A DNA stretch of 64,000 bases from Octopus sinensis. Its lineage: Eukaryota. The DNA lies in NCBI RefSeq assembly GCF_006345805.1, contig NW_021833123.1:19194-83193 (forward strand), in the 5' to 3' direction. Under the pieces are notes generated by a model. It worked only from the letters and a program-made list of their open reading frames with translations. It made no database searches and had not been told where the DNA came from. Shown here piece after piece: positions 1-12,854 of this stretch (the first letter of the stretch is position 1; every line of letters starts with the position of its first letter). The translations under genes and the position numbers were made by a program.

Positions 1-503
1 ATTTCCCTCTCTACCTCATTCTCACTCTCATTCTCAATATTATCTCTCTCTCTCTCCTCCTTCCACTCTTTTTGTCTCTCAATCCCTCTATTCATTTTCT
101 ATTTCTCTTCCTCTGACACATTCTTCCTCTTTCATCTCCCCTTCCTCCTCTTTTTTTAGCCCCCTCTACTCTTTAACACCATCTGTCCTTCCCCCACCAC
201 CTGTCATATATACGTTTACCTCTTTCTGCCTCCCTTCACCGCAAATATCACCACCACCATCACCATCACACTAACAAACTCAAGCAACCTCTCTCTCTCT
301 TCATCCCCTCCTCTTCCTACTCTTTCAACGACTCTTTTCCCTTTCCTCCCCCTTTCACATCACCTTTGCCTTCACTTCCCTCTATTTACCTCTCTGTCTT
401 GTCTTCCTCTATTGTCTATAGGATCCCCATCTCCAACACTCCGTCTCCACCTTCGCCTTCACAGTCTCTCTTTCCCTCTCCTTCTGTCTCTCCCTTTCTT
501 TTT

Positions 504-551
<48 letters not shown>

Positions 552-847
552 ATTTTCTCTCATCTTCGGCTGCCATCGCTCTACTGAAACCTGCCCCACA
601 CTGTCTTTTAGACACACACACACACACACACATACACACATACACACGCATACACACACACACGCACACACACATACACATATACACACGCACACGCGCG
701 CACACACACACACACACACAAACTATCCCTTCTCTGTTTCTCAATCTGTTACACACACAAACACGCGGACGCACACACACACATACGCCTTCTATCTCTG
801 TCTCTCACTCACTCCTTCGCTTAAACAGAAACATACACTGGCACACT

Positions 848-881
<34 letters not shown>

Positions 882-965
882 CACACATACTCCTTTCTTT
901 CTCCCTCTCCCTCTCTCCCTCTCTCCCTTACACCCTCCCTTACGTACACACACGCGCGCATACAC
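1..965. repeat. CT-rich and (CA)n low-complexity/microsatellite region
   Basis: Polypyrimidine tracts with (CT)n and (CA)n runs; overlapping ORFs are SL/HT/CV dipeptide repeats. Confidence 0.9.
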
Positions 966-1589
966 ACACAGGCCTGCAAGCACTCATACACTCGGCTCGC
1001 CCCCACCCCCCTGCTTTCGTCTTTCTTCTATAATAAGACTGACACAAGAACGGGACAACAGCAAAACCTACAACAATAACAACAGACATATCAACTACAA
1101 CAACAACAACGACAACAATACGAGGACGTACCGATCGCCATTGCAATGCCAGCACTGATTGTGTGAGTGACTATAATGAGACGCGGTTCCTCCTGTCACG
1201 GTTTCTCTCCGGGGTTGGCGCTGCTAATAAAGATAAATGACTTTAAACTCTACCGCACCGCCAAAAACGGAGTCTGCTTCGTGTGACCGGACGCCGCTCC
1301 GCTCCAACCAACACCGAACGGCACCGCTGCTCCTAAATACCATTCGTACATCCACACCCATACACACCCACACACACACACACTCACCTCTAACCACCGA
1401 CATCCCATCTCACACACTCTCCTACCTACCTACCTACCTACCTACCTACCTACCTACCTACCTACAAGCACCCCACCCCCCTCCTAACTCGCGCAACATC
1501 CCGAATCGTTATTCCGAAACTACGCCGCCACCAAAAAAAAAAGAAAACAACCCAATAACACAAACACCACCAGCACCTCTACCACCTGT

Positions 1590-1670
1590 CACCAACCGCC
1601 ACCACCACCACCACCGCCATCATCACCACCGCCACCGTCACCACAGCCACCATCACCGCCACCACCACCA

Positions 1671-1702
<32 letters not shown>

Positions 1703-2040
1703 ACCGCTGCCATAAACTAAGAGTTGTCTTCGCCAACAGTACAAACGCCACAAACACCAACACAATCCTCACGATCTTCATCATCATCATTATATTATTG
1801 TCATCATCATCATCATTGTCATCATCATCATCATTGTCATCCTCATCATAGTCATCATCGTTGTCGTCATCTTCGACGTCACCACTATCATTATCATTAT
1901 CACCATCGTCGTCATCATCACTACCACCACCACCACCACCACCACCACCACTACTACTGCCACCATCACCATCATTACCATCACCATTACCACCACCACT
2001 AACACTACCAGCACTACCAATACCCTCAACCATCATAAAC
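1590..2040. repeat. Mixed trinucleotide repeat (CAC/CAT/CGC)n
   Basis: Directly visible; gives poly-H/S/P/D ORFs. Confidence 0.9.
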
Positions 2041-2554
2041 AATGAAGAAGTGATGTTATGACGGCATTATCGACAAAAATACCTTGTACTATTAATTACG
2101 CCCTTTAACATTCCGAAGGTAAACCCCGTCAAGACCAAATTTTACCTTTCAATCACCGTGAGTTAATCAATTCAATATCGATCATTTCACATATATATTC
2201 TTTTACTCTTTTTCTCTTTTAATTGTTTCAGTCATTTGACTGCGGCCATGCTGGAGCACCGCCTTTAGTCGAGCAAACCGCCCCAGGACTTATTCTTTGA
2301 AAGCCTAGTACTTATGCAATCGGTCGCTTTTGCCGAACCGCTAAGTTACGGGGACGTAAACACACCACAATCGGTTGTGAAGTGATGTTGGGGTGACAAA
2401 CACAGACACACAAACACACACACACACATACATACATACATACATACATACATACATACATACATACATACATACATACATACATACATACATACATACA
2501 TACGTACATACATACATACATACATACATACATACATACAATACATATATATAT

Positions 2555-2750
2555 AGGGAGAATTCACGAAAAAAAACAAAGACGAAAACAGGTGGTGTAC
2601 AAAACAAACAAATATATTAGTATAACGCTCAGGAATTGCAAAAGTCTTTTATGTTTCGAGCCTACGCTCTTCTACAGAAAGGAACACAGAGAAAAAACAA
2701 GGAGATAAACAAAGAGAGAAAAAAATGTGTGGCTACCGATCTACCATGTC

Positions 2751-2752
<2 letters not shown>
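2555..2752 (-). mobile_element. Short TA-flanked element with HHR-like motif (same family as 58273-58478)
   Basis: Reverse complement matches 58273-58478; minus strand reads cttt-CTGTAGA-a-gagc gtag gctc-GAAA-cata-aaag at 2646-2681. Confidence 0.65.
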
Positions 2753-2810
<58 letters not shown>

Positions 2811-2965
2811 AGTAGTTGAATGAATTATCTTATTAAGGATAATTCGAATTAACCGATACCTGGGTAGCAAATTCACATCAGAAAAAACACGGTTGAAGTT
2901 ACGTGCCTAGGGTATAGATTACGTGCTTTCGTGTGGAAATTTGTATGTTTATTTTAAAATTATAA

Positions 2966-3203
2966 ATATGAAAGAATGGAGCTGAACGACGAATTAACAA
3001 TATTCCTTTATTTTCGACATATGTTTCGAAGGCTGCATATTCCTAATTGCGAAGGAATAAGGAGTATATTATGTCGCTTTCCAGATGAGAAAGCGGCATA
3101 ATGTACTCCTTATTCCTTCGCAATTAGGAATATGCAGCCTTCGAAACATATGTCGAAAATAAAGGAATATTGTTAATTCGTCGTTCAGCTCCATTCTTTC
3201 ATA

Positions 3204-3204
<1 letters not shown>
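2966..3204. repeat. Near-perfect fold-back, ~116 bp arms, 7 nt loop
   Basis: 2966-3081 is the reverse complement of 3089-3204; loop is cagatga. Confidence 0.95.
3078..3158 (+). ncRNA. Type I hammerhead motif with U4A core change
   Basis: tttc-CAGATGA-stem II (gaaagcggcata/tatgcagccttc)-GAAA-CATATG-TC-gaaa; palindromic stem III, GUC triplet at 3152-3154. Confidence 0.65.
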
Positions 3205-3282
<78 letters not shown>

Positions 3283-3754
3283 TACATACATACATATATA
3301 CGACGAGCTTCTTTCAGCTCAATTTTCAGATATGCTCAATTTGCGTTGGTTTTTACGACTGCGTATTTGCGAGCATAATAGTAAAATCGGCAGTGAAATT
3401 AAAGAAATATATCGAAGGACAGGAACAGATAAATCTAATTTATTTTCTTACCTTGGTGGATTTTAATCAGCACTAGTATTTACTCTTGGCATTTTAAAGA
3501 CAAACGAGAAAGCCAAGTGGGACATCAAAGAACACCCGTTTGGATCAATGACCGATATTCGTTCAACTCCTATCAACAACAATAACACCAACAACAAAGA
3601 TCACGATGACATGAAAGCCGAATTTTAAAAACGTAATCTTAGTAATAAGTTTTGACAAGTTAATATTTAATATTTGGACAACTTTTAGATATAGTTTTTA
3701 ACAGTAAGTGGCATTAACGAAACAACTGCCCCGTTCATTTACTTTCCGTGAAGA

Positions 3755-3990
3755 TGCGTGACTTAGTGATTAAGGTATTGGACTCATAATCGTAAGATTA
3801 TGATTTCGATTCCTAGTCCCGGTGACGCGTTGATTTCTTGAGCAAGACACTTCATTTCACGTTGCTCCAGTCCCACCCAGCTGGCAAAAATGAGTAATCC
3901 GGCGTCCCATCCAGGTGGGGAATATATATGTCACAGAAACCAAGAAAATCGACCCTATGAGTCTATATGACTCTGAAGGAACTTTATTTT
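3755..3990 (+). mobile_element. tRNA-derived SINE family C
   Basis: A/B-box-like head (gtgacttagtga...tttcgattcc), then cttgagcaagacacttcatttcacgttgctcc; related copies near 48125 and 50718. Confidence 0.7.
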
Positions 3991-4144
3991 TATTTATTTG
4001 TTCTAGTGTTGGATATTCTTCGATTTAGTAACGAAATACTAAACAATCTGGGGTGGTGAGTTTTCTTAAGTGTGGGTTCATCAGGGGCAAGAAAAATAAC
4101 GTATCTTTATCTCTTTGTACATAATATTAGGTAAATCAGAATAG

Positions 4145-4450
4145 ACCCAAGGACTTGTTCTTTGTAAACCTAGTACTTATCCTTTCGGTTTCTCTCTTGC
4201 CGAACCGCTAAGTTACGGAGACGTAAACATATCAACATCGGTTGTCAAACGATGTGGGGGGGGGGACAAACACAGATACAAACACACACACACAAATGTA
4301 TAACAAATGAAAGATAGAAGATGGAATATACGAGAATATATTATCAACGACATCAGTTGTTTCGACACATCTAGCATCGATTCCTCTTGGATGGGACACA
4401 CAAAAACTGGTTCAGAAGTATCTGGTGATGCAGACGTATCTTGTCGGCTG

Positions 4451-4486
<36 letters not shown>

Positions 4487-4650
4487 ACAGGCTTCTTTCA
4501 ATTTCTCTCTACCAAATCCACTCACAAGGTTTTGGTCGGCCCAAGGCCATAATAGAAGACACTTGCCTAAGGTGCCACACAATGGGACTGAACCCGGAAC
4601 TATATGGATGGTAAGTGAGCTACTTACCACACAGCCACTCCGGCGCCTAT
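4145..4650 (-). mobile_element. SINE family A copy with internal insertion
   Basis: Body gccgaaccgctaagttacgg and head cttaccacacagccactccggcgcct. Confidence 0.85.
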
Positions 4651-5071
4651 CTATGATTAATATATTCTGGCAGATTCGAACTTAATATCTGATCACCATT
4701 GTTTTTCATCATGGAAGGGCGCTGCCTCCCTTTGGATGATATATATTCATAATATGCCATTCACCGGTGTAAGGAGACTTTGAGACATCGCAGTTTCGAT
4801 TGCATTGTGTGCCTCCTCAGTCAACAGCCATCCTACCGGATAGCTACATCTGACAAGAGCTTGAGCTCTTATTTACAGGATTTCGCGAAGAAAATATTTT
4901 GATGATGCATTCTGATGTCTATCAAACTGAAAATAATTCATGGGTTGCACAAAGAACTGCAATAATCCAAACAATGCCGTACTTATTCATTCTTATTACT
5001 TTCTGGCAGATTAAAATTGAACATCTCATCGCTGTTGTTTTCCCGTCATTGGAAAACATCTCCCTTTAGAC

Positions 5072-5726
5072 TAATGGTTCTCAATAATTTTGTTACCTAT
5101 GGACTCCCTTGATTCTTATTTTACTCGGGCGGATCCCCATAGGTATTTGATGTTTTGAAAATCCAATAGCATTTTTATAATTAAATATTATTAGGGATTT
5201 TACTCTTTTACTCTTTTACTCTCTTTTACTTGTTTCAGTCATTTGACTGTGGCCATGCTGGAGCACCGCCTTTAGTCGAGCAACTCGACCCCGGGACTTA
5301 TTCTTTGTAAGCCCAGTACTTATTCTATCAGTCACTTTTGCTGAACCGCTAAGTTACGGGGACGTAAACACACCAGCATCGGTTGTCAAGCAATGCTAAG
5401 GGGACAAACACAGACACACAAGCACATACATATATATATATATACATATATACGACAGGCTTCTTTCAGTTTCCGTCTACCAAATCCACTCACATGGCAT
5501 TGGTCGGCCCGGGGCTATAGCAGAAGACACTTGCCCAAGGTGCCACGCAGTGGGACTGAACCCGGAACCATGTGGTTGGTAAACAAGCTACTTACCACAC
5601 AGCCAAAAAGTTGTTAAAATATTTTGTGCATTGTGGAACTATAACCTATCTATTGTAGATATATTTTAACAACAAAATCTTATACGGACCCACAAAGACC
5701 ATGTGGACCCCGATTGAGAGCTCCTG
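5072..5726. mobile_element. hAT-like MITE interrupted by a SINE
   Basis: Degenerate TIRs taatggttctcaa / ttgagagctcctg; 8 bp TSD ctttagac / cttgagac. Confidence 0.65.
5200..5605 (-). mobile_element. SINE family A, near full length
   Basis: Minus strand: tggctgtgtggtaag (A box), ggttcagtccc (B box), body, and (agagtaaa)n tail. Confidence 0.9.
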
Positions 5727-5959
5727 CTTGAGACTATGTATGTTCATGACAAGCGATTCACTGGTGTACGAGGACTGTTTCGACCTCGTTGCTGAATTTG
5801 CCAGAACGTATCAAGAATCACTAAGCACTCTATAGAAGTAAACTTTAAAATTATTAAAATGTAAAAAATCTCACTGTGGGTTAAATAAGAAAAAATATCT
5901 ATTTAATAAATTTGTAGATGTGTAACTTACATTATAATGGTAATGGCAAAAGTCCATGG

Positions 5960-6160
5960 ATCGTTAGAGGGCCCGCGCGGAAAGCCTTGCAGTATTTCTA
6001 CAGGTTCTTTAGGTTCTGAGTTCAAATCTCGCCGAGGTTAATATGCACTTCATTTTTCCCTCGTTCGATAAAATAAGGCAACGCTCGAGTACTGAGGTCT
6101 GTGTTATCGTCTAACACTCTTCCTTCAAAACTGTTGGTCGTATGTCTAAATTAGAAGCAA
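5960..6160 (+). mobile_element. SINE family B, diverged
   Basis: gttctgagttcaaatctcgccgagg...cgataaaataag. Confidence 0.65.
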
Positions 6161-6644
6161 ATATGGTGGTATTGGTAGTGGTGGTCTTCATGATTAAACA
6201 GTATATCTCCAATGCCGCCAGTAACACTAGAACCACCAGCATCCTTACACCTACCAATTCACCATCACTACCAACCACAACCATTACTACTTGTATCGTT
6301 ACCATTTCTATAATTAACAACACAACCACAGACACCACTACTACCATCACTGCTATCACCAAGAACATCTTTACCACTATTACCACTCCCATTGCGACCA
6401 CAACTACTAGAGAGAGAAAGAGAGAGAGACAGACAGACAGAAAGAGAGAGAAAGAGAGAGAGACAGACAGAGAGGAATACAGAGAGAGAGACAGAGAGAC
6501 AGAGATCATAAGGGCAAGAGAAACAGAGGCAGACACGAAAAAGTGAGAGTTTTCATCGTGGGTCCTTTGTGAAACAGTTTAGTTGGAAGCTCGAAAGTAC
6601 CTGAACCTCTTACATTTTCGCCGAGAAGATTTTTTTCTGGAAAA

Positions 6645-6682
<38 letters not shown>

Positions 6683-7169
6683 AAAATGAGGAAAATAGCA
6701 AAAGAAGAAAGTGAAAGAAAGAAACGGGTACGATGCGTGTGTATACACAAACTCACAAACACACAGAGCTGTGAATACATCGAAGGATTTGACGTAAATA
6801 AATAAATAAACAAATGAATAAATTCTAATTGTTGTCACGAATTTAAGTTGAAATATTTAATATCTGTCACAAGATTTCACTGGACTTCCTTCCAGCTTTC
6901 TCAGAGTTTATATACCGTGCTGCCATACGTTGATATGTGTTGGAAATAAATCATTCCATGACAGAAAAACAATTATTGCAAATTGAATATGGCACCTGAG
7001 GGCAGTGGAAAAATCTCCTGTTGCTGGCTAACTCGTTTACTACTACAAAGAGGCTCTTGAAATTAGCAAATCCACCAAAATGGGACTTGACGCCTTGCTC
7101 GCAGCTGCCAAAAGTACATTACACTGCAAGGAATCTTGATATACACGCATGAATAAGACACGTAATGCT

Positions 7170-7735
<566 letters not shown>

Positions 7736-8322
7736 ATGTAATTTAAGTAACAGCACCCCATTGATATATGCTTGAACAAAGATAAGGGGCTGTTAACGAA
7801 TATACTCTTGAACCCTTCCTAATTTCAACACCTCTGCTGAAAGTTAGAGAAACGAGGTCCTTGTGCACTTTTTATATAAAAATAGAAGGATGTCAGCTGA
7901 GTTTTTGACCTTCACTGAACTCCCATTGTGAAGATAATAAAGCGAAGGACATAACAGTAACAGCAAAAAGCAATATATGTAGTTATATAGCTAAAAATAA
8001 TTGTTGTGTCTATTTGTGGTGGCAGTGTTAAGCGAAATATTTAATCATTTTTAATGCAGTATAACGCATTTGCAATTGTTTAATATATGATACTATACTA
8101 CAGAATAAATCAATAAATTTTCAATTTCTTTGATCTAGCATGAAAAACAATCGCTGGTAACGCATCAGCCTTTTAGTCTCTGAACTAACAGCCAAGGATG
8201 CGTCATTTATGCAAATGGATGTATTCGATTTAATTTAGGATTTCATAACAGTGTATGTTTATGTATGCATATGTATGTGTATATATATATATGTATATAC
8301 ATATATACATATACATACATAT

Positions 8323-8434
<112 letters not shown>

Positions 8435-8796
8435 ATAGTTATATTTTTCTTACAAAACACACAGACTGCATAAAAGTGCTCAAGTCGAACCTGTGAAGTT
8501 AGACAAGTGTAATAAATGAAATAGAAAAAGTTCAAGACAGGCAAACTACAATGAACCCATATGTGTACGGATTTAATTAAGATAAAAATCGTCCAAAATA
8601 AAACATATATTGAAATATTAAAAATACATATGAAAATATAGAAATATATGAATATTATAAATATATATGGACATATAGATGTACGAATATATAAGTATAG
8701 TAAAGTAGCATAATGTAGTAGAGGATTATATAGTTTGCCTGACTTGAAGGCTTTCCATTACATTTATTATACTGATATATGTATATGTGTGTGTGT

Positions 8797-8905
<109 letters not shown>

Positions 8906-9054
8906 TTTCGTGCTACGCAACAAAAAAAAGGTGCATGCTACAAGGATTTTCGACTCGAGTCAAATTGCTCCAATTCGGTGTTAGCGTTGCTACATAAGTG
9001 AAGTCAAAACTGTCTGTTCTGTACTCTGATCGAGTCGTATAAGTTATCAAGTGA

Positions 9055-9262
9055 AAACTGGTGTTGGTTTGTTTACGTCACCATAACTTAGAGCTTCGGC
9101 AAAAGAGCCGTTATATAGAATAAGTACTAGGCTTAAAATATAAGTAATGTGATCGATTTCTTTCAGTAAAACTTTTAAGGTTGTGCCTCGGCATGTCTCC
9201 AGTCCAAAAAAAGAAAAAAATACAAAATAATAACAATACTCCAAACGAGTCAAAGATAAAAA
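9055..9262 (+). mobile_element. SINE family A 3' part, diverged
   Basis: ggtgttggtttgtttacgtc...agaataagtactaggctt. Confidence 0.7.
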
Positions 9263-9578
9263 TACCGGAGGGAAAAATGCCTACTTGTGCAGAATTCTGC
9301 CAGAGTGGTCAGAGCAGTTGTGAACCAATATAAAACCTGATAACGGCCCTACATTCGTAGTAGAAGAGAAGGGCCCAAAGCGTTAAAAACTTCACTTCGT
9401 ATTGCAACTAAAAATGTAGGGCACACCATTATAAAATTTTACAGGAGTTCCGAATATTTAGAGAAAAAGCAAGAAAAAAAAGAAAAAAATGAAAAAGAAA
9501 GAATGTCTGATTTTAATAGGTCAAAATCAAACCTTAGCCGCAAAATATAAATAAAAATAATAAAAAGAGAAGTAGTCT

Positions 9579-9798
9579 ACGTTTCCGACTGCGCACTCTA
9601 CATTATGCTGAAATATATTAAAAGACATAACCGTAGTTTTAACGATATATTTTTGAGAAATATGTCGTCTTCAGAGCCAAAAATATGTTTATATTTTAGG
9701 CTCTGAAGACGACATATTTCTCAAAAATATATCGTTACAACTACGTTTATGTCTTTTAATATATTTCAGCATAATGAAGACTACGCAGTCGGAAACGT
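9579..9798. repeat. Fold-back with ~108 bp arms, each carrying HHR core boxes
   Basis: acgtttccgactgcg...cttcagagcc / ggctctgaag...cgcagtcggaaacgt. Confidence 0.92.
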
Positions 9799-9800
9799 TC
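9699..9800 (+). ncRNA. Type I hammerhead-like motif with long stem II insertion
   Basis: CTGAAGA (9703-9709), cgac...gtcg, GAAA (9792-9795), CGT; mirror copy on the minus strand; stem I degenerate. Confidence 0.55.
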
Positions 9801-11364
9801 TAAATCTACTGTGTGCCATTTACAAAGCTATGAAATTCGGAAAGCGCTTGTCTGAACTGTAAAAAGAGTAACAGATCCGATATCGTAATCGAAGATTAAT
9901 AAGATAAGTTGTGCAGCCTGGAAGATGTTTAGGAGTGAGCCAACGAGACAGCCTCTGCATCTCTTCAGTACAAACATTTATTAATGATTACAAACAGCAC
10001 TATAATGGTTGATAGCAGAATCGGTAGCGCATGAAACTAAATGACTTTCAGTATATAATTTCAAAAAAATCGTTATGTATGCTGCATGAAGTGAAATCTG
10101 AAACGATGATCTGTGTATTCATTGTTAGTTTGGCCCTTGAGATTCGATCGCAAAATATGCTGGTCGCTATTATGTAGATCACAAGAAAACAACTTTTCCC
10201 TTTTACGACGGCAGTTTATTCATAAAACACTCGGCCCTCTCGCGAAGGGATTCTGGTACACCCATGTTTCGACATATCTCGTCAGTCAAAATTACATGGG
10301 ACAATTTGAGCTTAGACAAGCCACTAGCTTTGTTTACACTTTTAGCAAACATTTTTTTTTTCAGAGATTAGATTCCGCTTGAATCGATTACGTTATGGCT
10401 TTATCTTTCCGGGATGAACCTAGATTAAATATTGATCAAGTACTGGAGCTGATTTGCTCTCTTGTTCATCCCCCACTCCACAAAACATATGGAAAACGGA
10501 CAGAGAATCTGCAGGGATCACTGGTACTCTTCAAAAGATATTGTATCATAGTAGCATCTATGCTATTATTTCGAAACACACCAAAGTCATCTTTACCTAT
10601 CATCATCCCAGTGTTGATAAATTAAAGAACCAATCAAGTGTTGGCTTTTATTTCAGTGAATGTGGCTTCCACTAAGGCGTGACGCTGTGACAATGCTAGG
10701 CATCAAGGATTACGAAAAGAATCGGTGTGGTGTTTTCAGAATATCTTGCGATATGCAATTACGTTCTTTTACGTTTTACGTTTAAATTTCGCCAAAGATT
10801 GACACAGTCATTTAATTTTCTATGGTCGATGAAAAGCGTATTACACAAATGTTGGTGTCAGACATAATCTGATATCAATCTTCTTCACAAAAATTTGTAC
10901 TTTTATGTGTAAATAAAAAAAAATTATCAATCATTATGATCAACACTAACTCTGGAGACAGAAAGTGTTAAGTATCAGCTGTCTGGGGATTACATGAGGT
11001 GTAGATTAATAATTTTTTAGAATTTTCTCACGCATAGTGTTGCTGGGTCACACATTTAACTGAGTTTATAGTTTTCGTTTGTTCATATTGGGAAATCTTA
11101 TAAGACTGAAGGTGGATAGTGTTCGAAAATCCAGCAAAATAAAAGCATGTGATCAACAACTAGATTAAGCAAGTACATGCAATGGCGTACAGTAGCGTAC
11201 AGTGGCCTACTGTGGCGTAGGAAGGGCAGGAGTAATAAGGGGAGTTGCACTGGGTGCAACATTCTTGATGCAAAATTTCAAACCTTAAAAAAATACGCAA
11301 ATAAAAACGAAAATAATGTATAAATTATGTATATAAATAACTGCGTGCCCTCCTCACAATAGAT

Positions 11365-11880
11365 GCAGGCACAGATGTGTGATTGAGATGCTCGCTTTGC
11401 AACCACATGGTTTCGGGTTCGATCTCACTGCACGGCATCATGAATAGGTGTCTTCTAAATAATCCGGGTCGACCAATACACTCGTAAATTAATTTGTGTG
11501 ACAGAAGCTGTGTTAAAAAGCGTCATATATGTGTATATGTATGTGTGCGTGTATGTGTGTGTGTGCATGCGTGTGCGTATGTGTATGTGTGCGCATACGT
11601 CAGTGTGTATGTGTGTGTGTGTGAGTGTGTGCATCCTTGTTGCTATGTTTGTCTTCATCACTACCACCACCAATTAACAACCGATGTTGGTTCGTTTACG
11701 TCACCGTAAATTAAGCAGCGCGGCAAAAGACACTGATAGAATAACTAGCAGAAATAAAAAGAAAAATTAGTACCGTGGTCAATTCTGTCTTTTTTTTTGT
11801 GATTTTTTTTAACTATAACCCTTTAATGTAGTGCCCAAGCAAGACCTCTCCAAGACTAACGACCGAAACAAATAAAAGAT
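11365..11880 (+). mobile_element. SINE family A, diverged
   Basis: aaccacatggtttcgggttcgatc head, internal (GT)n, family-A 3' body. Confidence 0.75.
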
Positions 11881-12602
11881 CAACACATGTCCTTGTTCCG
11901 AACACTGGCAACTCAGGTTACACAAATGCCTACTTGTCCCCCTTTGATTCGGCGGAGCTGCGTCACGTTCTGTCGTATCTAGTCATACACATCATAAAAC
12001 ATTCTATTGCATGCAATGAAATGTGTAGGCGAATCCTTTGGCAAAAAGCGACTGATTAGACATAATTATGCATGATCATACACACTACACGACACATTTT
12101 CTTACGTGTATACAAAACTACTTAATCTTGGTGTCAAGAACATTTGAGATTAAACCTTCAAGATGGCGAATGCACGCGAACAGCAATCAGGTTATCATGA
12201 TATATTTTGTTTGTTTATTTATTTACTTATTTATTTGAATCTCCTTAGATTTTCTTCTGACACAAAAATAATACAAGTCAACGAGTCACGCGTTCAGTTG
12301 TGGATTGTTATAGCTGATTCATTCAATGTATGGAACCGTATAAACATTCTGTTACACAGAATTTCTGATTATGCATGGACAAAAAAAGAAAAAAATAAGG
12401 AAAAAGAAACTTAAAAAAGCAAACCGAGTTTATTAATCATTCATAAACACACTATATAAAATAATCTATTATATGTATGTATGTACGTATGTATGTATGT
12501 ATGTTTGTATGTATGTATGTATATATGTATGTATGTATGTATCTATCTATCTATCTATCTATGTAGATAGGTAGGTATGTATATATAGATATGTATACAT
12601 AT

Positions 12603-12648
<46 letters not shown>

Positions 12649-12815
12649 GTATGTATGTATAAATATATATGTGTATACATGCATATATATATGCTTGTTA
12701 CTGCTAAGATTATTTTCTGTTGTTTATTTATATACTTGTGTCTCACTATGTCTCTCTTTATATATACACATACATATATTTATATACATGTATGTATGTT
12801 ATATATGCATGTATG

Positions 12816-12854
<39 letters not shown>

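Larger units (their letters stand above)
2200..3318 (-). mobile_element. SINE family A copy whose internal microsatellite hosts later insertions
   Basis: Family-A body gtttcagtcatttgactgcggccatgctggagcacc at ~2225-2420; the continuation cgacgagcttctttcag follows the (TA)n at ~3301. Confidence 0.8.

Noticed and set aside
366-2061. Long ORFs (248, 204, 129 aa) rich in H/S/P/T
   Set aside because: Translations of CT, CA and CAC/CAT repeats; open in several frames and both strands, with no domain.
6990-7140. Possible WKN.PVAW (Harbinger-like) or exon-like sequence
   Set aside because: Needs frameshifts and has no supporting motifs or splice context.
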